Positions 31,519-43,000 of a stretch of 64,000 nucleotides of DNA are shown in pieces. Position 1 is the first letter of the stretch, and the number at the start of each line of letters is the position of its first letter. The DNA comes from Macrostomum lignano (lineage: Eukaryota). The notes beneath the pieces are model-generated. The model did not search any database, had not been told where the DNA came from, and worked only from the letters and a program-made list of their open reading frames with translations. Made by a program: the position numbers and the translations under genes. The DNA is taken from contig NIVC01000416.1 in the NCBI GenBank assembly GCA_002269645.1, positions 1-64,000 on the forward strand, written 5' to 3'.

Positions 31519-34101
31519 TGTTGTTTTTTACCCTCGCCAGGGTCGTGCTGGACAGGCAGCGACAGGAACTCAGTGACTTCAACAGGGTTGCGCCACAGGT
31601 CAGAAGGCACCAACTCGGTGGGGTGAGCCGGGCAATTAAAAAGATGCAGGCAATCATGCGTGGCCGCGTCGCACTCAGGACAGCTTGGAGGCGTCTCAGG
31701 ATTCAACCGGTGCTGGTAACTACGTAGCATAGGACTGAAGCCAGAGCGCAGCTGGGCGAGCAGAGAGCGGGTCCGACGCGGCAAGGAACGCTCGGAATCG
31801 CAGACGTCGGGGCGAAGGCCGACGACGCGGTTAGGAGGTAGGCCGTCGATGTGATTGAGCACGATGAGCGAGTGTTGAGCTCGCCTCGCCCTGTACCAGG
31901 CTGCCGCGTCGTCGAGGACCGCCGGGGCTTCGACTTGCTGCCAGGAATCGTCAAAGAATGGTGCGGTAAAAATGGACGGCTTCATGCGCCGGCGCGGGGC
32001 CGGGCAGGCGAAAAGGTGGTAGCAGGGGTGCTCAGGACGGCGAGAAGCCAGGAGGAACTGGAGAGACAGGAGCCTGTTGTGCTGCTGGACCGGGAGCATC
32101 CGGGTCTCGCAGTGAAGGTCGGCAACAGAGGTATTGACGGTGCAGTCGGTGATGCACCGAATGGCCGCGTTTTGAACCGACTGGAGCCCGTTCGAGGAGG
32201 TGGACGAGATGTCAGGTCCCCAAACAGGAGCAGCGTAGTTGAGGATGCTGCGCGAAATGGGGTGCTTTCACAAGGTCGAAATTTCACAACGTCGAAAAGC
32301 AAATTATTGCACAAGGTCGAAATTTTACAACATCGAAAACTCGAAAAGCAGCCACTTTCATAAGGTCGAAATTTCATAACATCGAAACTCAAATAGCAGC
32401 CACTTTCACAAGGTCGGAATTTCAAAGCATCGAAAACGCTAGCAAGGTACTTTATAAAGTTGAAATTTCACATGAAAACTCTACAGCACTCACTATACTC
32501 CATATGACAAGATCGAGTAATGCTGTTTTCTCATAAACAGTGTCTCTACCATAGCAGGTATTTCAAATACATTACGAAATTGAAATACAACTCCAAGCTA
32601 TTGATACTTTGAAGCATGTTAGCCTCCTCTCCAATACTGGAAATGTAAATCATAAATTCTTTCAAGTCTATATATAAAATACAAATATCGATAACTTTTA
32701 AATTTGGGTTTCCGACTTTAATTTGGATTTGACCGGCAGGGAATTTCGCTTGACTTACTGTTGACACCATATACGTTTTGTATCTGTATTCGTTTAATAA
32801 GTAAGAGAAAGTAAGGTGGTTTGTTCCATGTACTATGTACTATAATAATATGAACATTGACACAATAAAGACTTTAGTTTTCTACATTGTGAAATTTTGA
32901 CCTTGTCATATTTAAGGCTGCTAAATTCTCAGTTTTTACATTGTAAAATTTCGATCTTATGAAAGTGGCTGCTTTTCGAGTTTTCGATGTTGTGAAATTT
33001 CGACCTTATGAAAGTGGCTGCTTTTCGAGTTTTCGATGTTGTGAAATTTCGACCTTATGAAAGTGGCTGCTTTTCGAGTTTTCGATGTTGGGAAATTTCG
33101 ACCTTGTGTAATTTCGACCTTATGAAGTCTTCTGCTAGAGTTTTCGATGTTGTGAAATTTCGACCTTGTGAAATTTCGACCTTATGAAAGTGGCTGCTTT
33201 TCGAGTTTTCGATGTTGTGAAATTTCGACCTTATGAAAGTGGCTGCTTTTCGAGTTTTCGATGTTGTGAAATTTCGACCTTGTGAAATTTCGACCTTATG
33301 AAGTCTTCTGCTAGAGTTTTCGATGTTGTGAAATTTCGACCTTATGAAAGTGGCTGCTTTTCGAGTTTTCGATGCTGTGAAATTTCGACCTTGTGAAATT
33401 TCGACCTTATGAAGTCTTCTGCTAGAGTTTTCGATGTTGTGAAATTTCGACCTTATGAAAGTGGCTGCTTTCGAGTTTTCGATGTTGTGAAATTTCGACC
33501 TTTTGAAGTCTCTTGCTAAAGTTTTCGATGTTGTGAAATTTCGACCTTTTGAAGTCTCTTGCTAAAGTTTTCGATGTTGTGAAATTTCGATCTTGTGAAA
33601 TTTGACCTTATGAAAGTGGCTGCTTTTCGAGTTTTCGATGTTGGGAAATTTCGACCTTGTGTAATTTCGACCTTATGAAGTCTCTTGCTACATTTTTCGA
33701 TGTTGTGAAATTTCGACCTTGTGAAATTTCGACCTTATGAAGAGGGTGCTTTCGACGTTGTGAAATTTCGAGTTTGTGAAACCCCCCCCCCCGCGAAATG
33801 GCCTTGTAGGTGTTGAGCAGCAGCTCCTTGCAGCTGCCCCAACTGCTACCCGCCAAGCAGCGGAGGACGCTGTTACGTTTGTGGGCCTTCTCGATAGTGG
33901 CCTTGACGTGACGGCTGAACGTCATCTTCGGATCAAAGATCACGCCCAGGATCTATCGAGGCCTATTGGAGAGTCTCCAATATGGTCCGCTTTCGTCCCG
34001 CGAGAATCGTGGGGCAAGTGGAGACGACTCCGACGCCTGTCGGTGCAAATGGACCATGCTCTCCCTACCCGGGATCGCGCTCTTCGCGCTGCGCCATACC
34101 T
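31519..34101 (-). mobile_element. 5'-truncated I/Jockey-group LINE (family X) inserted in the family-Y copy
   Basis: RT thumb ILGVIFDPKMTF..GSSWG..YKAISRSILNYAAPVW, C-terminal LAQLRSG..CPEC..HDCLHLFNC; (CAA)n tail; 17-bp duplication CAGGGAGTACTGGTTGT at 31502-31518 and 34102-34118. Confidence 0.85.
32261..33791. mobile_element. Foldback-like non-autonomous DNA element with inverted arms made of 49-bp tandem repeats
   Basis: Left arm 32261-~32470 and right arm ~32885-33791 carry the same unit (ATGAAAGTGGCTGCTTTTCGAGTTTTCGATGTTGTGAAATTTCGACCTT) in opposite orientation; TSD CGCGAAATGG at 32251-32260 and 33792-33801. Confidence 0.85.
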
Positions 34102-34648
34102 CAGGGAGTACTGGTTGTGCCGGTGTCCGCAGCACGGCCGGCCACCTCCTGGAGAGTCCAGGAGGTGGATTGTCGCTCGCCCGGTAGCCCTTAGGTAGCG
34201 AACGAGCTGGCAGAGATTCTCGGGCCTGAAAACGTCGGAGAGGTCCGGGTTTGGGCCGAGGTAGGTGAGCCTGTCCTGAGTAAAGGCGAGGCATTCACAG
34301 ATGATGTGCTCCGCATTCTCAACACCGGAGAGGCAGAATGGGCATTCCTCACTGCGGATTTTTCCCTGGAGGTAAAGATGCCTGGCAAAACAGCCATGAC
34401 CCGAGAGGGCCATGGTCACTGCCCTGATGTCCCTGCGGCAGGGCCCTGCGCAGGGCGGAGGAAACAAAATGTGTTAATAATAATTGTTTATTTCGATGCA
34501 AAGGTGTTATTTTTATTTTCTTAATTTCTCTTAGTATCTTAATTTCCTTAGAATTTTAATGAGTGCCCAAATACCTCGGTTGTTGAGACAAGAATACTCC
34601 TTGTGCAATTTAACCTACATTTGTACCTTTTACTAACTTCCTTTTTAC

Positions 34649-35821
34649 CAGTGTTGGGCACTTCCGTTACCGAGTAACTTGTAAATGGTAACGCAAGTTA
34701 CTTTTTCGTAAAGCGTTCCTTACGCAAGTTACTTTCCTATTTTGGTAACGGAGTAACGGTAAGTTACTCAAATTTCGGAAGTCCGTTACAGTTACTTTGC
34801 AACAATCGCAATATTTAAATTTAAAACTGATATGCTTAGCTATTACGCCAGTTGTCACATTTTTAGCATTTTTCATTCTTAAATTCAAAACTAAGTGAAT
34901 AATATCATACGGTATTACGCTGTAATTAATAAAGAAATACTTGAAACATGTTTTTACTTTGTTATTTTCGGTAAAATATTTTTGCTTTTCGTTTTTAAGT
35001 TAATAAAAATATTTTGTTTAGTTCTTAGAAACAAACAACCAAAGAAAGAAATTCATCTGTAGTCTCCACAAATCCACTCAGTGATCGACGTAGCCAGGAA
35101 TTTTAATTGGGGGGGGGCGGGTTGACCTGGCTGGCCATGCCTCATGCACCCGCCACGCCCAACCCCACCCCCCCCTGGTGGGGTGTCTTGCAGGTGGGGT
35201 GAAGTTGCCGCCCCAACGATTGTTAAGGCGGCCTCCCTGGCTACACCACTAAAGTCCACTGGCACTGCACTGCACTGCACAATAATTTAATATTAATGAA
35301 TTGAAAAATAATTGAAAAAATTGAAAAAAATTTCAAATAATTGAAAATAAAAAGACTAGTAAAGCAGACTGTAGAGTGGAGTAAAGCCAGGTACTTATTA
35401 CGAGCGATGTATTATCAAGGACAACTGAAGTTACGTTAAGTTGTCCTTGTGTATTATAACTTATAATGTTATTAAAAATTAAATTGCGTTTTGCCTTTAA
35501 CGTTTCTGACCTTCAGCTTCTCTTCTTTTTACGGAAAGGGCCTAAAGTGATTAAAATTTAATACAGTTACTGAAATTAATTTTGTTGTATTTTTCCTTCT
35601 GGCTTTCGCGATCATTTGTGCTGTTCCAGCACATTTGCAATGTTAAAAAAGCAGAAAATTTTGTTTATAACATAGGTAACGGAAGTAAGTAACGGAAGTA
35701 ACTTAAAAGTTACCGGGTTTTTGTTCAAAGTTACTAGGCTAACGTAAGTTACTTTTTAAAAAGTGGTAACTTAAGTTACAGTAACGCAAGTTACTTTTTT
35801 TGAGTAACTTGCCCAACACTG
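34649..35821. mobile_element. Non-autonomous hAT transposon
   Basis: TIR CAGTGTTGGGCA/TGCCCAACACTG, subterminal AGTAAC/GTTACT repeats, perfect 8-bp TSD CTTTTTAC. Confidence 0.92.
35079..35252. mobile_element. Degenerate hAT MITE nested in the hAT element
   Basis: CAGTG..CGTAGCCAGG / CCTGGCTACACCACT ends; same type as 53453-53760; 7/8 TSD (AATCCACT vs AGTCCACT). Confidence 0.6.
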
Positions 35822-37023
35822 CTTTTTACATTCTGATTTTTAAAATAGACCACTATTACTACTAGCTAGAATAACTAGTCTATCTAGGAGCTAGTATCTG
35901 TGTAGTAATCGATAGCTTTATTGCAGAGACAATCAATTGAAGCAACATGTACGCATAATGCTTTAGTTGCCGGCATCATCTCTCCGACTCTGAACAATGA
36001 TGGGAAAGTAAAAAAAACTGGCCTCTCTAGAAGTGCTAAACAGTTGAAGTAAAGTAAGTACATCAGCGAGGCATAAAACAGCATTATGTTTGTTTTTTAT
36101 CGTATTGAATTATAAATTTAATCTATGTACATGTAAATGATGATTAAAAGGCAAAATTTAAATTTGTTTTCCAGCTGTCAGGGATCTTGCAAATTTTCAT
36201 TTGACACCGGCACGTTTGTCACTGGCCTTCATCCAGGCGGAGCTTGATCTGGGCCTTCAACAGATGGCACAAAGCAATTCTATGGACACTCTGATGCAAA
36301 TCTCTTGAGTTTCGCTGATCAAGCCTCGACAGTGGGCAAGCCTCCACTGCTGGACATCGTCAGCTAGCTAGTCTCTCAAGCATTCAGTCATTACCCCGAC
36401 GCCGTCGGCATCTTCAACAGATGACACCAGGCACCGGATGGTGCCCCTGTGTTGCTCCGTTCTGGCGCAGCAACCCCCGCCCCTTGGTAGTTCTACTGTT
36501 AAAACAGTTTTAACGAGAAACATTTTGGTCATTATAGTAAAAGTAAAAATAGTTATTGAAGCAACAGACAAGATAACTAAATGTATATGAACATACACAC
36601 TTAAACAAGAAACGGAAGCAAGCAAAGAAACAAAATAGACAATTAACAATTTAAAAGTAAAAAAGTGCAGAATTATTGAAATTATTAATAAGATATGCAC
36701 GACTGTACAATCCTGAATTTAGCAAAGAAGACAATTTGAAAGGCATGTGAAAACGTTAATAATAATAGCTGTGCATTTTAGTATAAAAATGAGTTTATTT
36801 ACAAATCTAGCTAAAACTATTTGCATCGTAGAAGTCTCCGCAACATCAAAGCTAAGAATTTGAATTGTAAATACATGTAATTAAACAATCTAAAAAATTA
36901 AAAACTATTTAAAGTAGCTAGATGGGGATATTTATTGTAGAAATAGGAAGTATAAAAAATTCTTGGCTCAACCAAGACGTCTCTATATTCAGTCTCAGCC
37001 TACGCTTGGAAACTATTCAGATG

Positions 37024-40000
37024 CTAGCTGTGGTTCTGAGATGCATTCTTCTTCCGGGTAGCAACTGGGGTTGACCTGCGGCTGTTCGGCTGCGATTGCT
37101 GCCTTCTTATGGAGGTTTGATGCCGCTCCTTGTCCGTTGTCATTTTGGGTGACCTCAATGTCGAAGAATCCGACATCGATGCTGTCGACGAAGTCAGACG
37201 CTCAAAAACAGACGCCGATCTGGATGTTGACAGTTTTGTTGCCGCTCTTGGCGACATCGGCGGCGGCGGCGTCGATTTCGGTAAGGTTGACTTGGCGGTT
37301 GGTCCACTTCCGGTTTGCTTGCTTCCGGTTGGTTCACATCCGGTTTGCTTGCTTCCGGTTGGTCTACTTCCGGTTTGCTTGCTTCCGGTTGGTCTACTTC
37401 CGGTTTGCTTGCTTCCGGTTGGTCTACTTCCGGTTTGCTTGCTTCCGGTTGGTCTACTTCCGGTTTGCTTGCTTTCGGTTGGTGCACTTCCGGTTTGCTT
37501 GCTTCCGGTTGGTCTACTTCCGGTTTGCTTGCTTCCAGTTGGTGCACTTCCGGTTTGCTTGCTTCCGGTTGGTCCATTTTTAGAAACATTGGTTGTTCCG
37601 CCGCGCCGCTGGAACAGCGAGTGCACGATGGTCTGCGGTACGCAACGCAAAGCGTCGCTGCTGTCCGATCTCGAAGATTTTCGATTGGCTACGGGCGACA
37701 GAGCGGCGCTGGCTGTGCCGGAAGTACCCGGCGTGTTTGTTGCCATAGGAACGCGGCTAACAACAAGTCGACCACCGGCACCGATGGAGGCGCGCAGCAG
37801 AGTCGGCGCCGGAGTCACCTGCAGCACCGGCAGCCTCGACGGTGGCGGCGGCGGCGAGCTCAGCAGGTAAAGGCCAAGCGCTTCATCGAATTTCAACTCG
37901 GCAACGCTCGGATCCTCGTTGAGAACGTCGACAGGCCGAATGGGACTCGGCGCCGCGGGACCGGCGGCTTGGCGGCAGCCGGCGGTCCCGGGCGGTGCCG
38001 ATACGGGCGGACCGGCGCGCAGCTCCGGCCGGCGTCGAGCAACCATCGACAAGGGCGGCTCCACGGACGGCGGCACGATTTCGACAACGGCCCGATCGAC
38101 CTCTGGCTCCGGCGGAGGCGGCAGCGGCTGCGCTGACTCCGCCTGCAGGCGAATGCCGAGGATCCGAGCGTATAATAGCTCGTGGGACGCCGACGCGGCA
38201 AAAGCCGCCGACGCGGCTGCTACTACCGAGGAGCCGCGTCGCTGGCCCGCTGTTGGCGGCGGCTTCTGAGCGGTATCAGTGGCGGCGGCGTCAACTCCGC
38301 CGACGCCGAACGTCGTGCGTCGACGACGCCGTGTCGAACGACCTCCGGCGATGGTCGAGACGGCGAAATGGCGAAGGGCAGCCTCCAGCTCACAGGAGGA
38401 CGTCGATGATGCTGCAGTTGACGCGGCCGAGGACGAAGACATGGAAGAGTTTTGATCAGTAAAGATGCCGCTGTCCACGGAAGCTAACGACGCCGCGTCA
38501 TCAGCCGGCTGAGGCGGCAGAGTGGCTGCAGAGCCGCCGGTCTCAAAGTACATGGAGACGCTCTGAACGTCGCGTAGCGAGGCGGTACCAGTGGGATTGT
38601 TTCGGCCGTTGCACGACGCTTTTCCGCTACCTGTTTTTGGTAATTAAAGAATTCGGAGTTGTGAGCTTGATGCAAATACGAGGACTAGGGTCTCTGCTCT
38701 GGGAACAGGTGAGGGTCACGGGATTAGTGATCTACAGGACGTGAAGTGATCTGGATTGAAGTCGTCGGAGATGGTGATCTAAAGAATAATTGGAGATCAG
38801 ACTTGGTGATCTACAGAACTGTTACAGACGAATTTGCGATCTGCGGAACTGGCTTTTTTAGCAGTGTCTTAATTACGATGTCTTTGCTGCCGTTGCAAGC
38901 TGTTCAGATAATTTGTCTGCTCCTGGTCCAAGTTTGTTAAGAAAGTAGACAGAATGTTGAAGCAGTCGCCAAGCTGAAATGTGCCCCTCTCCTCGCAGAA
39001 GTACTCAGCCAGATTGATTCTCTCCTGATGCAGCGTGTCCAGCCTCTCCTGCGCCAGCTGCAGTTCGTGTCGCGATTTCTAAAAGTAGAATGACGTCGCA
39101 TACGTCACGTGATTTATTGGATTAATCGGCCACGAAACGTCCCTATACATGTAAGTCACGTGATCTATGAGGTCAGTGGGCGTTAGCCGCTGTGGCATTT
39201 TGCCGTAGTGCCAAAAACTGAGTGTACACTTCGTTTTAAGTTCACGTGACATATTACGTCATAAAACTAGTACTTTTGAAAAGATATAAAGTCGCCAACC
39301 TGCAAAAATGGCGCCATGCTGTGCTGGAAATCCTCAGTGACCAGCCTCAGCTGAGTCTGCATCTGACCGATTCGGCCTAGAAAGCTGGCCACATCGCCGC
39401 TAATGACTTCTACGTTGATCCTGTGGGCCAATATAGCAAATAATAAGAATGCATGCCCCTCTAGAATGCTACGAGCGTAGCTTTTTAACAAGCTTTTGAG
39501 TGTCGAGATCTTCAGCGTCAAAATTTGTGTTCGGAGCGCCGAAATGAAAGTCTCGGGGTCCGAGATGAGAGTCAGGGAGTGTCATGGAAGGCAATGAGAG
39601 TCAGAGATGGTAAAATGAGTGTCGTGGAGGGATATATGAGTCATGCAGGGGTGCCGAAATGGGTGTCGGAGGGCAATGAGTCAGGAATGCCGAAATGAGT
39701 GTCATGGGGAGCAATGAGTCAGGGATGCCGAAATGAGTGTCATGGGGAGCAATAAGAGTCAGGGATGCCGAAATGAGTGTCATGGGGAGCAATGAATCAG
39801 GGATGCCGAAATGAGTGTCATGGGGAGCAATGAGTCAGGGATGCCGAAATGAGTGTCATGGGGAGCAATAAGAGTCAGGGATGCCGAAATGAGTGTCATG
39901 GGGAGCAATGAGTCAGGGATGCCGAAATGAGTGTCATGGGGAGCAATGAGTCAGGGATGCCGAAATGAGTGTCATGGGGAGCAATGAGTCAGGGATGCCA

Positions 40001-43000
40001 AAATGAGTGTCAGGGGCCAAATGCAGAGTCCAGTGGGTCTGAAGTGTAGTGGCCATGTCTAATACATGTAAACGCCCCACTGCCTCAAGTGAGTTTAAAC
40101 TCGAAATTAAAGGGATACATACAAGGAAACTATAAAAAATATCCTTACTTAACAGCTGACGAAAGATTTGGCATAGAAGACTTCAACTCGAGTAGGAATT
40201 CGTGATTCTGCCTGACAACTGCCTGCAAGTTTGAGATTATAGTATACATGTATATTAATATTATTCTACTACCATGTCGTAATTAACCGACACGTCCGGT
40301 AGAATGCACAAATGCATAATGCAGACAGTCTTCGGAAGAAGTAAATACGTAATTTTATGGTGAAATTTGACACCACGCAAGCTGAAAATTTGGGGGCATG
40401 AATGCGACGTATTAACTATTACGTATGGCAAACAATTAGGCGAGCGCACCTCGTATAGAAAGGTGAGAAGGCTCAACCGGCTGTTTGCCACCGCTTTGAT
40501 GTCTCCTAGTTTTGTTAGACTGTGCAGCCGAAAGCCGGAGGCATTTCCGAGCTGAGCTGCGCCCTGAAACAATATTTAGTTATTATTAATATTAATTTAT
40601 AACAAAAATTAGGCCAATTAAACAAAAGTAAAATAGCTAAGCTATCTAATCTATCTAAACCGTATTAAACCTAATTAAATTCTTGACCAAAGTGAAATAA
40701 ACTCAGAACTAAGTTTTGTTAAATTGAACAAAAGAAAACTCAGCTAACTAAACTTCAACTTAATTAAACTTAACTAATAACTATACACTCGGATAATTTT
40801 AAATAAAAAACCCAAACAAAATTCCGAAGTTGACATAATGAACAAAACTGATCTAAATTTAAATTATCTACATTTACTTAACGTTCCTAAATTAAAGCTA
40901 ATTAAAATTATTAATTATATGTCAACAAAAGATCTGAAAGATATTATGTTAAATTTACCACCAAACTACTCAAAAAAAACTAAACCAGATAAAAACCAGA
41001 TAAACCAGGTAAAAGAAACCAAACTAGCTGAGCCAACTAAACTTGATTAAAACAAATTTAAACACGTTAACTTACGGAATTCAGATAGTTACCGATCTTC
41101 AGTATCAGATGCAGTATATCGCGTAGACTTTGAGAATGAAGAATATCTAAATCAATGACCTTATCAAGTTAAATAAGTTCTTAACAAAATTATAGTGACA
41201 GTTGAAAAATGACAAATAAAAACCTTTGCAGGTGTCGATCACGCTGTCAAGGTTGATCAGGACGTCATCCATTTGGGCTTGGTATTCCGCCCTGGTTAAA
41301 AGCATCTCCAGATGGCTGGCGAAACTGCGATTTTGTTTGTTGGGAATAATACTGCTACTACTACGTATACTATTACTAATATTAATAATATTAATAATAA
41401 CAATAATACAATAATTGATTACACCTGCCCTAATACTCGTAGCCAGATGTGCAACCGACAGCTCAGCCGCAGCTATTGCGCGGCGCATCTGAAAGCTGCG
41501 TACGGCTGTTCAGTCCAAGGACTGGGGGGTCGCCACAAACACCCTCAATTACCCCAGCTAATGCTGGTACCCCATTTTACAGCTGGGTGAACTGAATTCA
41601 GCAATGCAGGAGTTTAAGTGTCTTGCTCAAAGTGACATTGTTTCAGTAGGATCTGGTATCGAACCCCCGACCTAGCTTAATTCTTGTTGGAAAGCTTCGA
41701 TAGAAACTGTTGACTGACACAAAGTATAAACAAAATACTATATTTTGCACTGTACTAGAGATTCTCTAGATATAAAACAGACAAGCAATAGTAGACTAGA
41801 GATTAGAGACTAGAGATTAGATATTAGACAATAAAGCCTTGAGATTAGAGACTTAAAATTAAAGACTTGAGATTAGAGACTAGAGATCAGAAGCTAAGAG
41901 GTTAGACACTAAAGATCGGAGACTATAACTATAGAGGTTAACGACTAGAGATTATAGAAAAGTAAATGAAATAGTTGAGAGTGAGATCTCAGAGTAGAAA
42001 TAAGCAATTAAAACGAGACAGATGACGGAAAGACACATCGAAAGTCTAGTAGAAAGGAAGGCCACAGTCATATCTAGCGGCGATGCTGTTTGCACAATAA
42101 AAACTGCTTTTACTGCCCACATCAGCTGTTTCTCGTTCAGCCTCTCGACGCTTAATTCCGGAAGCAGAACTTTACAATCCTGCTCGACCCTAAAATGTCA
42201 ATCGCCATCGCGTTGAAGCCCCGCTGCACCGCCATACCACACTTGGGCATTGTCTCCAAGCTCGTAGACAGGTGGGGAGAGCTTCGCAAAGCAATAAATA
42301 TTTATGGACCCAACGGGTTCAACCGACAAAGTTTTGGGGGAACTAGGTCGAATCAGGAATATTCGTTGGTTCTGCATCAATGCGGTATAGGGCAAGAGTG
42401 CATCTTACAAAAGCAGCAAAGATATGCCTACATGGAATCGCATAGCCAGTGCCGTTGTACACAGACTTGGGTAAGGGGATGTCTGTACGGAGGGGTGCAC
42501 ATTGTCCTGGGCTGTGCCTACATACAGGTAGCTACTGGAACCGGGATTGAGGTTCTAGCTTGACATTTCCTGATGAAACATCCTCTGGTAATTCAAGGCA
42601 AGTGTGCGCCGCCAACATAGCCACTGTGCTGGTTTGATTATTTAACATTATTCGGGGACAGAGTGAAATTTTGAATGGTTTAATGACAAAAGGACTGCTA
42701 CTAAAAGTTCGCGGAAACTGTCATATCTATGCTGTGTGTTTGTTTCCTCAGCAAAATTCACTAGCGAGAAGACCTCAGCATCAACTTCTACCTGTCACCC
42801 ACCTCAGCATCATTAACTCCCACCTGTCACCCACCTCAGCATCATTAACTCCCACCTGTCACCCACCTCAGCATCATCAACTCCCACCTGTCACCCACCT
42901 CAGCATCAACTTCTACCTGTCACCCACCTCAGCATCATCAACTCCCACCTGTCACCCACCTCAGCATCATCAACTCCCACCTGTCACCCACCTCAGCATC

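Larger units (their letters stand above)
31405..34461 (-). mobile_element. 5'-truncated family-Y LINE (outer shell of nested insertion; own sequence 34461-34102 plus 31518-31405)
   Basis: RRDIRAVTMALSGHGCF..CPFCLSGVENAEHIICEC homologous to 2674-3737; same 3' end GCCCTGCAGCTAAGT; 14-bp TSD AAACAAAATGTGTT at 31391-31404 and 34462-34475. Confidence 0.85.

Noticed and set aside
33776-34524. Several overlapping short ORFs at the LINE X/Y junction
   Set aside because: Chimeric or antisense readings of nested LINE fragments.
42000-42700. GC-moderate island in formin intron 3 with 122-aa and 65-aa ORFs
   Set aside because: No recognisable motif, and the formin model closes without it; probably a decayed TE fragment.
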